DNA from: Babesia bigemina | Taxonomy: Eukaryota | Reading direction: 5' to 3' | Length of the DNA: 64,000 nucleotides | Assembly: GCF_000981445.1 (NCBI RefSeq) | Contig: NC_027218.1 | Coordinates: 2,728,001-2,792,000 of the forward strand | Shown here: positions 1 through 10,853 of the stretch, piece after piece | How the letters are laid out: each line of letters begins with the position of its first letter | Position numbering within the stretch: position 1 is the stretch's first letter | Program-made: the position numbers and the translations under genes | The notes under the pieces: generated by a model | Database searches by the model: none | What the model was told of the DNA's origin: nothing | Seen by the model: only the letters and a program-made list of their open reading frames with translations

Positions 1-2523
1 GGAGCCTTGTGGAACAGCGAAATCCGGTATGCCTTTGGCGTCTGATGTTGCCTGGCCACAGATTAAACTATCAACGTTATGCTGCGCTACAATCCTTTGC
101 GTTTTAGCATGTGATGGCTTATCCAGTACAGGGTCGGGTTCCTCCGGCACGTCTTCCCCGCTTACGTCGACGATCATAATATCGTTCACATGATCCAGAA
201 CGTCTCCTTTAACATCTGAATTATATACTAGCGTCTTGTCAAGATCAGCTTCTACTGACTCGTCAACATCTATCAGATCTGGTTTGACAATATTGAGAGT
301 GACAGATTTACCGAATTCAAATACATCTGGATTGTCATCACTGTTTGCATCATATCGTGAAGGCACTGTTACTTGAAGGCCCACTGTAGGTGGCACAGAT
401 TTCAGCTGATTTTGTAGAGCATCCAAATAAGCATTTAGAGATTTATCAGAAGACTCACGCGCTTTAAAAACAACATCAATGCCTGGAAGCATAGCTTCCC
501 GTTGAAGTTGACGTTCATCTTCTATTTTACGTTCCTCATCCTCCCTTTTACCTAATTCTGTTTCCTTTTGCCTTTTAATTTTTTCATCATTCCGCCTTTT
601 ACGTTCCGCAGCATCCTCTTGAGCTTTTTTTATCATTTGATCCCAATGTTTATGACTTTTTGCTTGCTCATTATAATCAGTCTCTCTGATGCAGTACTTA
701 CCGCTATAAGGTCAAAGATCAATTTCCCTATATCCCGCTACTCTCGAACATTTTGTATTAGTGTTTGGAGAATCTCGTTTTACTCCACTCCCCAGACCTA
801 CTGCTTCAGCTCCACCGACACCTAAACCATCACCGGATGCCACATTAGTGTCACCTGCACCTGCCAGACCATCTTGATTACTTCCTCGACCAGGCACAGA
901 AGCCGACCCCTGCCCACTCTTGCCCAGACCACTACTGGTATCAGGGGCACCAGATGACGGAGAGTCTGCACTTGAAATACTTGAAGTTTGAGTTTGAACC
1001 GTCTTTGCAACCGATGAACCAGGAGAGTTTGTTTCACTGTTATCACCCTGTGGGTGTTGATTACCCTCCGCCTTCTTGCCCTGGTTCTGTGCACCCTCGG
1101 ATTTCTTGTTCTGGTTCTGTGCTCCCTCCACTTTCTTGCCCTGGTTCTGTGCTCCGTCGGATTGTACGATCTGAGGCTTGGCGGCCTCGGTTTTAGTGGC
1201 TTCAGACTCTTCGTCTTGCAATGCTACATCCGGAATATCTTGCTCTTCTTCAGCCTCTTCATCTTTCACTGTATGTTCCTTGTCTACCTCCTGCAGTTTA
1301 CACCCTTTGCCATTCAAAATATCTACAAGCTTAGTCAAACCTTCATCTGTTTTATTCAGTTTCTCAATTACACCATCCCAATCCTTTGTTAAAACGTCAT
1401 ATGTATTACCCCATGTGTTAAAGTCGTGGCCGTGAAACGTGAATCCGTAGGGGAAAAAATGATGGGTAAAATAATCAGCAAGCTTTGCTTTTGCTTGAGC
1501 ATCAAGGGTACTTCGCTTAAATGATCTTTCGTTCGACTGAATAATTGCTTTAAAAGCTTTAATTTTTTCAAACTTCTCCTTCACTGCATTCAAATGTGTC
1601 CTAAACCAACTTGCCATTTTTTTCGCGAACTTTTCATCGTAGAGGTGCTTATCTTCGCGCGCATATCCAGTGAAGGAAAAGCGCTCCTTTTTAAAAATGT
1701 CGCCAATAGGCTTTTTAAGTTTGGCGCAATGTTTTGTTAAGTCTTCCATATTTATGCATCTATCTTTCAAATATAAATATTTTTCAAAATCGTCTTGATG
1801 CTTCACTTTCTCAAATATCCTACAGAAATCTTGCACCAACCGAAGCGCATTGGCGACATTCGATATTTGGGTGCCGGTGGTTTTCGGAATTACTGATGTT
1901 GAATAAACATCGAGGAAATAATTTTGCAAACCTCTACCGGCATGTTTCTCACAGATGTTGTGAAGGTCACCTACCATAAGAAACCCCTCGGCATAACCAC
2001 CCTGATGACTTTCCTTCAACTCAATGGCATCGAACCCACCAGGGATGACGCCGTATTGCGATTCGTCATCAGCAATGAGATACTTTTCAATTTCAGTGGC
2101 TCTAGATTTAAATGGCATACGACGTTTAGCGAATAGTGTAACCTGCCCAACCTGTTTGTCCGCCCAACCCCCTCCGCCAATTTGATCGAATTTCGCGTCT
2201 ACACGGTACCGCAGAGAATAGCACGCTGATAAAACTTTAGGAATGCATTCCAGGAGTGCGTTGAGGGCGCTTTTTGTGGTTTTAGGTCTCTGTTTGCTAA
2301 CCTCCGCTTTATTGCATAATTTCTCATGGAACCTTGACACCTGATTGAGGAATTGGGACAGATCGGTTGCAATAGCAACGGGACTAACACTTTTATATCT
2401 GTCTTTGAGAAACTTATCAAGTCGATGGGCTACTAAGTCTTGCACATCTTTACGATCATGTAACCACTGCAGGAACTGCATACAGTCCTTTAGACTCTTA
2501 AGCGGAACTCCATGATCCGCCAT
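1..2523 (-). pseudogene. VESA-related protein with p180/RRBP1-like decapeptide repeats; in-frame TGA at 712-714, frame continues past window start
   Basis: ATG at 2523 (MADHG..., LKDCMQFLQWL). Clear paralog of 28743-32870. After the TGA at 712-714 the same frame is open to base 1 and reads RQLQREAMLPGIDVV...SVTLNIVKPD, matching RQLQREAMLPEIDVV...SVTLNIDKPD in the paralog. Confidence 0.8.
1063..1156 (-). repeat. 30-bp coding tandem repeat, ~3 copies of NQGKK(V/S/A)EGAQ
   Basis: GAQNQGKKVEGAQNQNKKSEGAQNQGKKAEG; DNA unit ctggttctgtgc recurs every 30 bp. Confidence 0.95.
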
Positions 2524-2544
2524 ACTGCCCCCTTCCAATTGCCC

Positions 2545-2700
2545 TCTATCCCACGCTTACAAATCACCACGGCAAACCTCCATGAATATGTGGACTGGGA
2601 AACATAAGGGTGATCACCCACTAATCCACTCTTACAAACCACCACTTTCAGCCTCCAGGACTATGTGAACTGGGAAACGTTAGAGTGACCACACCTCTAA
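2545..2700 (-). repeat. 75-bp tandem repeat x2 in 5' leader (putative exon+intron unit)
   Basis: cttacaa at 2556 and 2631, and actgggaaac in each unit. On the minus strand each unit holds a GTAAG donor-like and a TTTCCCAG acceptor-like motif. Confidence 0.8.
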
Positions 2701-2930
2701 GGTGACACTGCTTAATAGAACATGGCAGACAACTAAGTGGGCTGGGTGGAAAGGCTATGAAGTGAGACGCTGAGTGACAACGATACGCATCATACTAAGA
2801 CAATGACACACCTAAACCATATTGCAAAGTCCATGAACCATCACAAGAATATTATAGACATACCACTCACCTGAGGAGGGAAGGCGACAAGGCAAGGCAG
2901 CCATACTGGAGTGAGAGGGTGGAGAGTGGT
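2545..2930. repeat. Duplicated upstream region shared with 32890-33350
   Basis: Long near-identical stretches, e.g. catggcagacaactaagtg, ccatgaaccatcacaagaat, tatagacataccactcacctgaggaggga. Confidence 0.9.
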
Positions 2931-3208
2931 GGGACGATGGTGTTATAGATGATGTTTTCCAGTAGAGATAATATCGTTTTGCAGACTGTTTGTTAACTGT
3001 TTGTTCAGCACATAGCTCAGATGTTAGGGCAGTCACTAGGTCAGGTGCTTGGTCACCACTGTCATCGCTGCCGTAACCATGTCACCGCTGCCGCAACCAT
3101 CAACTTGGTCAGGTGTTAGGTCACCTCACTGCTCATGTGATTGGTCATCAACGCAATCATGACTCTGTCTAGAACATTAGATGTCAGTCGCCAGTTAGGT
3201 GATTGTGA

Positions 3209-3604
3209 TCAGCTGCGCAGTAGATACCGCACCCTGTGGAACGGCCGGACGCGGAAGTAGCTCATGACGCAGACGACGAGGATGATGAGGGCGACGGGGA
3301 CGATGATGTAAGGGGCGGGGGAAGTGGTGTTAGACTGTTGACTGGAGGTGTAAAGCTCAGCGCTGCGATGAGAGGATGAACCGCGCTTTCCCTCACAACA
3401 CTTACATTGACAACTGGTAATGTTGTTACACATACCCAGTTTAAGGTCACATAGAGAAGCGTTGCATTTTTTTTGCGATCTAAGCTCACTGTTATTCACC
3501 AAACATGTATTGCACGTGTTACTACTACTACACTTTTCACAACACCAGGGACAGCAACTACAAGTAGCCAAGTTACAATATGTACCACACTCACAGCGAC
3601 CCAT
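3209..3604 (-). CDS. Small Cys-rich single-TM membrane protein (131 aa)
   Basis: CSCCPWCCEKC motif, C-terminal hydrophobic helix (YIIVPVALIILVVCVMSYF) and a basic tail. Predicted 36-nt 5'UTR intron at 3634-3669. Confidence 0.8.
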   Translation of the reverse strand: MGRCECGTYCNLATCSCCPWCCEKCSSSNTCNTCLVNNSELRSQKKCNASLCDLKLGMCNNITSCQCKCCEGKRGSSSHRSAELYTSSQQSNTTSPAPYIIVPVALIILVVCVMSYFRVRPFHRVRYLLRS

Positions 3605-3691
3605 CTTCCCCTTCCCCTCCCGGTCCCCTCAGCCTGCAAACATATCAATCACTCAAGCAACGCACTCACCAACCCACGCACATTTACCAGG

Positions 3692-4060
3692 TACCTCAGC
3701 GAAGGACACCGATGGTCTCCCAGCGGCGCTACGTTAGCAGCAAGGTGACCGCCGTCTGAAGCAGGGTCAGTTACATCACGACTATGCTGCTGTCACAACT
3801 GAAGCAGTACCCAGTCAAGGCATGTGAACGGTATCCACTTGTGGCATGCAGGTCAACCAACACCAGTTGGGCAGCGAACTCCATCCATCACAGACCGTAC
3901 AACGATGCGACCGCTGCTTCTAAATGTCATTACAGTTGTATTATAAGGAGTGATCTATCATACCTGGTTAATCCGTTTCTCACATATGGTGTTAGCATCA
4001 CTGTCACCTAACCACACCATCCACTGCTCATCACGTAGGACAGCGGCTGCTGCATTTATT
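3692..4060. repeat. Diverged duplicated upstream region, homologous to ~16440-16812
   Basis: Collinear shared words: acatcac(g/a)actatgc, gcatgtg(a/g)acggtatc, catcacagacc, gagtgatcta, cacctaac, catcacgtagga. Confidence 0.8.
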
Positions 4061-4403
4061 TCAAAGCAGCTCACGCAACAGTCATCCCGCCAAACCATCA
4101 CGCTCCATACGACGCACTTACACTTATCACAACACGCTTCATCAGCCTCCATTAGTGGCTCATAACCCAGCATCACTGCCCACTAAAGCCATGGGAGGAC
4201 CAGGGCACATTCCACAGCTAACTCCCAACTCGACATCCCAAAACACGAACCTATCAATCCATGAACTACATTGCCAGCCAAATTGCTGAGTAGGTATTAC
4301 GTAATATATTTGGGTGAGTATTAGGTAATGTATTTGGGTGAGTGTTATGTTAGGCGGTGGGTTGCTAGGTAGTGAGTTAGGTGGGTGGTGGTGAGGTGGT
4401 CTA

Positions 4404-7400
4404 TCATGGTTGCAGATAGGTGATCTTGACAAGTCTGCCAACCCTTCCTGCAGCAAGTAGTGATTGAGCGGCGATGCGATGCGATGAGGGTGAGTGCAAG
4501 TGGGATTTCATGTGGAGCAGGTCGAGGCGGATGACCATGATGTGGAGGAGGTACAACAAAGAGAGGAGCCAGAGGGCGACGTTGAGCCAGATGAAGGGCG
4601 CGCGTATCCTGAAGAGGAATCCTGGAATTGTTTCATGAATGAGTTTAGAAAGTATGGATTTTTTTGAGCATACTTTTTCGAGCTGCTGTATGAAGGTTTT
4701 GCACGTTCGCTTGGGAACATTTGTAGACCCTACTTTACCGTCCAGATTGGTTCTATTGCCGTACGTGAGACCGAGTGCATATAATGTCGGATGCGTGTGA
4801 CGGCATTTTATGATAGAATCGCAAACGCCGTGTTCTTTTTTCGTATTCTCAAACACGGAATGCTCAAAAACAGAGCATGAGTTTTTCGCACATCCCGTAA
4901 CACGGCATTTGGATTTTGCTGAACCGCAGTCACCACTGCACTTCGTGCATAACTGACACAGTAAATCGTAAAACGTTCCCGTGAGGTACACTACCCATGA
5001 CACATATTTATCAGCGTTTTCGGAAGCAAAAGTACCGTAGGTAGTCCTGCTTAACGAATCTATGTACGGACCACATTGGCTGTTTAAGTCGTAACACGAT
5101 GCGTCGGCGCTGCATAAGCTGTATAGGTCACCACGAACGTGAGCTGAGTCACGGCCATATCCATGCTGGTTGTTGCCGAACATTGGATAGATGTCTAACG
5201 TGGTTTGTGGATTCTCGAAATTGGCGGCCTTGACAGCATCAGTGAATGCGGTTTCCCTATGCTCCCTGGGTAAGATATTCTTACCATACCAGCCATTCAC
5301 CAGATTATAATAGAACGCAAACATATCGCCCAGCGTTTTCGGCGCCATAGGAAGTAAGCAACTGAGCATACTACACAGCGCATTAAGTGGAGACTTTTCA
5401 CTGCCACATAGTAGGGCAAGAATATCTCTCAGATGCTTTCCCGTTTTTATGTGAGATGCCATGACAGTGATATCGGCAAATCCCATCGGTGTTTTGCACG
5501 GCACAGTAGAGTGGTTCTTCACTTGGCAGTCCAATTTGCCGGAGTTACCGTTCAGCTGGTGTGGAAGGAAACCTTGTAGGCCGTCCTCGAGGAAAGACTG
5601 TAACGGCGACTTTATTCCGCACTCAGCGTTTTGGTTACACTTTTGGTCACATGTTTGCCTATGAGTTTGGTTGCCTGTTTGCTCAGGGCACTGCATGGAA
5701 TTACACATCCAGTTTGAGCCGCCTACACCTTTCCCGTAATGGCAATCCATCCATCCACTGTACGATGTTTCATAGCAGCATTGTTCATACAAGAAATGGA
5801 GTTGCTGTTGAAGGCGTTTCAGAATCTCATATAGCATACAGAGTAAACCGTTCATATCTTTCGGATACAGCAGGCCGTCCGGGTTCGTATTGAAATCGCA
5901 AGCGTACCGGCCCGCAGCCTGACCGTGACCTAAGATGCCGATGAGTACGTCGTGGGAGTAGTGGCATACATCTAGCAGTGTCTCCGATAGGTCTGTAGCT
6001 GTGATTCTCTTTGGGTAGGCGGGTAACGAATCGGCGTTTGGGTCGACCAGTTTTGGACCGTCCTCGTCAACATCGCTTGCCTTCTCCTCTTTCTTTTTGA
6101 ACAGCTGTGTGAAACCGTTGAGCGCTAATTCGTGATGCACGGCGTTGTAAGACAGACCGCTGAGCCATTGCAGCATGTCGTATATCGAAGCTGGATGCTT
6201 AGCTTTAGGGCGATGTATGAGATGACAGGTACGGTTGTATTGTTGGAGATGCGTGAAAAAACAGTTTAGAGTGTCCATGACGTTAAAGCCTACGGCTTTA
6301 CCGCGTTTGTTAGATTCACACCATCGAAGATGTTCGTTATCGTAAGCTTCCGAAATCTTTTTATCGAGATTCCTATGTATATGAAAGCCTTTCATCTTTT
6401 CTGTATCTTGTAATTCGCCATTTTGCTTTCCATCATCCGACACAACGTAACCGCGGTCAGTAAAAATCTGGCCAAGCGACGTTGCTTTATTAATTTTTCC
6501 ATCTCTCCATGTACTACCTGAATACTTATTCAACATGCTAAAGTGGTCGAACAATATAGGTAACGCAGTCAGTAAACCTTTAGCGCAGTGATTATAATCC
6601 TTTTCAAGTATCTGCACGCCCGAATACCTGCTCACATAAGCCTTGTCAAGCTGGTCAACGAATTTACCGAACCCTTGCTTCAGCGGCGTCAACACTTTTT
6701 TGGGTGCGTCGTCCATCGTCTCGGGATGGAAATTGGTGAGGACATTACTGAAGGCGTCGAGCTTTTTGGTGACGTCGGTGTGGAAGTGCTGCTTGTTGTA
6801 GAGCTCGGCAAGGAAATCTTTGACAGATTCATTAATACGGTAGATATTGGAATCAGCAGCAGTGAGATCGTCTTGTGTCATTAGATTATCGAAGAAGTTG
6901 CTTAAGAAGTCCTTCAGTTTAAAGGTTAAGCCAAGGGCAGTCTTGGTACCATCAGTAGCAACAGGTGTACTATATAGCAAGGAATCATGTAATTTTTTGC
7001 AGAATCCTTTCAGGCTTCTATTTCTATCTTCCGAGATGATTTTATCGATTGCATGGTGCTGATTTTTGACGATTAGTTTTAGCCTGTTGAGCTCTTTTTT
7101 CTTTCTTGCGGTGTATAAGTTTTCGGCCTTTTTCTGAACTTGCGTGAACGCCTGATCAATTCTAAGGTTGATCGCATCACTCAATCTTTTAAACATATTA
7201 TTGGTCTCTTTCGGCGCATCTTCTAAAAACTCATCGGCATCACTGATGCAAGCAATTAGTTCCTTTTCTACCGCCAGTATGTTTTTTCTTACCTCGGCAA
7301 CCTTGGTGTTGAGACGTTGAATATTGCTTTGTAAACCTTTCAAATCCTTGTGAATGCTTCCCCGAGCAGGATCCGTTATATCGCCCACTTTATCACGCAT

Positions 7401-9578
7401 AAAGTCGCCAATTGTTTCGTGAAGATCGTAGGCTTGTTTTTCAACCGTCGACTCGCCGTTTAGCACACCGCCTGCCGCGCCTTCGCCGCTTTTAGTTTGA
7501 AGTCTCTCAAGCTCACCTTTAATTGTTGTAAGCGCCGGTTTAACTGTGCTTAAATGCCCATCAACAATGTTAGTCACTTCATCATGAAAGTTTTTGATAC
7601 AACTCGTGATGGTATTTTTCAGCAGCTCAGTCAGTTTATTTTTCGCGCCATCCATCGTTTTGTCTCCCAGCTCATTCAATATTGCGTTGATTACCTCTTC
7701 ATACAGTTTTCCTTGTGGAGTTATTTTGTTGGACGCACTTTCCCAACTCTTCTCGGCACTTTTGATATGAATCAGCAATTTTTCTAGATGGTAGCCAGGT
7801 CCGTCAGGGTCAGGGTCCGGTGCTGCAGCATTGATTCTGGGTCCAAGCTTTGGCAACCGTCCTAAACTAGTAGTTTCCAAAATTTTAAGACCGGGATTAT
7901 CTCTATTAGCGACTCCGTTTTTACCATAAGCCGTCACTGTCGCCTTTTGCAAATCCGTCCACAACATTTTGATAGCAATTCCCAACTGACTGTTGACTTC
8001 CTTCTTTAGGTGACTTATCGGATTGCTCAAATTCCATAGATTGCGCTCATTAACCTGCTCAAACTCATCTAAGGCTTTTGGCACCGTGCCCGCAACCTTT
8101 TCATTCAGCCCTTTAAGCTCACTTATCCGTTGCTCCAGACTACTTACTTGCTTCTGAAGATTCGATTTTTCTAATTTAATTTTACTATGAAGCTCCTGTG
8201 CACTTTTCACGATTGTTTGTAATTCTGGAACAAACTGCGTTCCATACTTCTTTAGGAGATCTTCAATACCACTGTTAACGGTTTCAAAAGCCATCTGGAG
8301 ATCCGAGTTGGCAGACTTTTGCAGACCCTTAAATTCGTTAGTACGTAAATAGTGTATTCTCGTATACAAACCGCCAATACGCTTTTCCAAATATTCCTGA
8401 AGCTCACTCGAACGCAACTCAGTGGACTCTGCAATAAAACTAGTAACCGCATTCCACTGATGTCTCGCCAGCGAATATATCTCCCTCAAATCCTCGTTTT
8501 CAGCATCTTGCTTAAACCCGTTAGCCGCCTGCTTCAACAATGATATTTTAGACGATAATTGTTCTTTGAGATTGTTATCAATATCTTCTAACGCCTTTTC
8601 ACACGTTGTAATATGGCTGATATACCACCCGGCCTGCCTAGTCCATTTAACGATTTGGTCAGAAATGTCAAAATATTTGTCCTTATCTATTTCATTATTA
8701 TGGCTGTCAATTAGAGCTAATATACTGCTTATTGGGTTTTTCAAGTCATCCGTTCTCTTTTTCAATTCACCTTCATACCCCCCCAACCACCCCTTCACCG
8801 CGGCGATAGACGCCGCAATCCCATCACGCCCGGAGCCATTTTTTTCATTCAGAGTCTTAATTACATCTTTAAGCTTATTATTCATCATATTATCATACGT
8901 TTTAACCGCTTCATCATCTTTCACCGCACTGAGCACACCACTCAAAAATCCCATCACCGCGTCACACAGCCTATCCAAGTCAGAGTACACAATGCCATGG
9001 CCGTCGTAGCCTTTGGAAGATGGATTGAAGCCGAGGAATTTCTCGAGGCCGTCACATAAATTAACAAGGAGATTTTTGTCACCATCTAAAGCATTATTGA
9101 AATCTTCACCGAACTTCTTAACAAAATTTTGTTGCTTTTTGACCTCTTCAATTTTAGTCTGCCTAGTAGACTCATCAAGAGAATGATCTTTGGCAATGTG
9201 CTCTTCTAAGCCGGATTGAAGCTTTTTTAGGTCTTTTTCTTTTTTGGATTTATCGGATTCTGAAGCTGTTTTTATTTCAGATTTGAGGGTGTTAATCTTC
9301 TCACTAACTTCATCACAATGGGACCCGGAGTATGACTCAGCGGAACCAGCATCAGTAAGAAAGGCCTTAGGAAAGCCTTTGCCTTTGCATTGAAGCTGTT
9401 TTTCACGGGTTGTAAGGCTCTTGGTAGCATTAGTTGTGGCCTCCTCAATCAACTTTTTCAAAGCTTGAGACAACTTGGTAAGACCCTCACCATTCCCATG
9501 CCTAACCTGGATCAACCAGTCGATGGACTCACGGAGATTCTCCGGACAGTCCGTTAGTTCCTTAAATAGCGGTGCCAT
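4404..9578 (-). CDS. ves1: Variant erythrocyte surface antigen (VESA1)-like protein, 1724 aa
   Basis: N-terminal LTDCPENLRESIDWL, GYDGHGIVYSDLDRLCDAVMGFL block, coiled-coil middle, Cys-rich C-terminal half (KSPLQSFL, PKTLGDMFAFY), single TM and LDLLHMKSHLHSPSSHRIAAQSLL tail typical of Babesia ves families. The subfamily is uncertain. Confidence 0.85.
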   Translation of the reverse strand: MAPLFKELTDCPENLRESIDWLIQVRHGNGEGLTKLSQALKKLIEEATTNATKSLTTREKQLQCKGKGFPKAFLTDAGSAESYSGSHCDEVSEKINTLKSEIKTASESDKSKKEKDLKKLQSGLEEHIAKDHSLDESTRQTKIEEVKKQQNFVKKFGEDFNNALDGDKNLLVNLCDGLEKFLGFNPSSKGYDGHGIVYSDLDRLCDAVMGFLSGVLSAVKDDEAVKTYDNMMNNKLKDVIKTLNEKNGSGRDGIAASIAAVKGWLGGYEGELKKRTDDLKNPISSILALIDSHNNEIDKDKYFDISDQIVKWTRQAGWYISHITTCEKALEDIDNNLKEQLSSKISLLKQAANGFKQDAENEDLREIYSLARHQWNAVTSFIAESTELRSSELQEYLEKRIGGLYTRIHYLRTNEFKGLQKSANSDLQMAFETVNSGIEDLLKKYGTQFVPELQTIVKSAQELHSKIKLEKSNLQKQVSSLEQRISELKGLNEKVAGTVPKALDEFEQVNERNLWNLSNPISHLKKEVNSQLGIAIKMLWTDLQKATVTAYGKNGVANRDNPGLKILETTSLGRLPKLGPRINAAAPDPDPDGPGYHLEKLLIHIKSAEKSWESASNKITPQGKLYEEVINAILNELGDKTMDGAKNKLTELLKNTITSCIKNFHDEVTNIVDGHLSTVKPALTTIKGELERLQTKSGEGAAGGVLNGESTVEKQAYDLHETIGDFMRDKVGDITDPARGSIHKDLKGLQSNIQRLNTKVAEVRKNILAVEKELIACISDADEFLEDAPKETNNMFKRLSDAINLRIDQAFTQVQKKAENLYTARKKKELNRLKLIVKNQHHAIDKIISEDRNRSLKGFCKKLHDSLLYSTPVATDGTKTALGLTFKLKDFLSNFFDNLMTQDDLTAADSNIYRINESVKDFLAELYNKQHFHTDVTKKLDAFSNVLTNFHPETMDDAPKKVLTPLKQGFGKFVDQLDKAYVSRYSGVQILEKDYNHCAKGLLTALPILFDHFSMLNKYSGSTWRDGKINKATSLGQIFTDRGYVVSDDGKQNGELQDTEKMKGFHIHRNLDKKISEAYDNEHLRWCESNKRGKAVGFNVMDTLNCFFTHLQQYNRTCHLIHRPKAKHPASIYDMLQWLSGLSYNAVHHELALNGFTQLFKKKEEKASDVDEDGPKLVDPNADSLPAYPKRITATDLSETLLDVCHYSHDVLIGILGHGQAAGRYACDFNTNPDGLLYPKDMNGLLCMLYEILKRLQQQLHFLYEQCCYETSYSGWMDCHYGKGVGGSNWMCNSMQCPEQTGNQTHRQTCDQKCNQNAECGIKSPLQSFLEDGLQGFLPHQLNGNSGKLDCQVKNHSTVPCKTPMGFADITVMASHIKTGKHLRDILALLCGSEKSPLNALCSMLSCLLPMAPKTLGDMFAFYYNLVNGWYGKNILPREHRETAFTDAVKAANFENPQTTLDIYPMFGNNQHGYGRDSAHVRGDLYSLCSADASCYDLNSQCGPYIDSLSRTTYGTFASENADKYVSWVVYLTGTFYDLLCQLCTKCSGDCGSAKSKCRVTGCAKNSCSVFEHSVFENTKKEHGVCDSIIKCRHTHPTLYALGLTYGNRTNLDGKVGSTNVPKRTCKTFIQQLEKVCSKKSILSKLIHETIPGFLFRIRAPFIWLNVALWLLSLLYLLHIMVIRLDLLHMKSHLHSPSSHRIAAQSLLAAGRVGRLVKITYLQP

Positions 9579-10853
9579 CGTTCAGAGAAAACAGACAAAC
9601 GTTTACATAACGCTAAAAACCCACGAGGAAGATGACGTTGTAGATCGCCAACTATGCTGCAAAATGCGACAATCCCTGCACCGTTGGCATATGCTTTTCA
9701 CAGCGTCTCTAACTACATTAGTTACAGCGGTACCTGATGAAGTTTGTATTTATGTGTCATGAGAAAACTAGTATCACCCTCACTCACCAATTCGCAATCT
9801 CCAGTATCCAGACAATGCAGAATTATGACTAGCTTCGTAGACGTAGTGAGACCTCCTAACTACATTAGAACGATTACACTCTTGGCTTTATAACCATATC
9901 CCAGTCAATATACGGCTCAAAGTTTGCGAAAATTTCTCCCTTGCTCCTTAGCAATTACCACCATGCCCCATTATCACTACAAAAATGTCATAATACTTAA
10001 CGGATAGTCCTGATACGTCAATGCCAGGAGTAGCGTGAACATTGGATGAATACATTCATGCTGTAAATACTATACGGAAAAGCTTATAGATAAACAATTC
10101 CCTCTGCAACCTTCGTAAGGCTTGTGATCATCGATGCGTTATATAAGACTGCGACGTTAATATGGAGGACTATGAGTGTGGCTATGAATAAAGGCGAATT
10201 TAGATCTCAGTGGAGCGCAATTACGTCAGTGAGGAGCAGGCGGACGAGGATGGTAACTATTGACAGTCGAGGACCACAGGGGAACATCTTAGAGGTCTAA
10301 AGAAGATTATCTGCAGAATATAATCCTCAGTATTATGCGAAATAATACCACTACCATCGTACATATTTCTATCGCCGACCGAGACAGGTTGGAGCAGATG
10401 AACAAATATAAGAGAAGAGAAATGAAGAATCGGTGAATGGCACGAAGGGGAGAGCGTTTAACTATTAGACCAGCTTAGAAGTGGTATCGTATTTGATTAG
10501 CAACACAAGACGCAGAAATGGCTGAATCCGTGAACAACCTTTGAGCCTAGACAGGATGGATGCTATCATGGAAGACAGCAGCAATGTTTGGAAATAGTGC
10601 GTGGAATAAGCAGCGTAAATCTACACTGTGTGACACTAGCTCTGTGGGCGCGTCTATTTTCCCAAGCCAAATGTAGCTACACAACAAACTAGACTTGGAA
10701 CACAATCTGCTCTCCCACCCAAGAACGCAACACAGGTTAATATGTATATACTTGAATAACAATGATTACCGCATTCATTAACTAATTGCGCGCGTTTGGC
10801 GACAATGACAGAAGCAGGTAATACCTTTCAATACCCTCGACAACGATTCGCGA

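Noticed and set aside
3040..3130. Short direct repeats (20-bp tgtca.cgctgccg.aacca x2); also (AAT)n at ~28087 and tatttgggtgagt x2 at ~4307-4343
   Set aside because: Ordinary slippage or low-complexity repeats with no evidence of function.
10160..10440. Purine-rich, coding-like stretch upstream of the ves1-like gene (possible divergent partner gene)
   Set aside because: Multiple stops in the frames examined and no identifiable homology.
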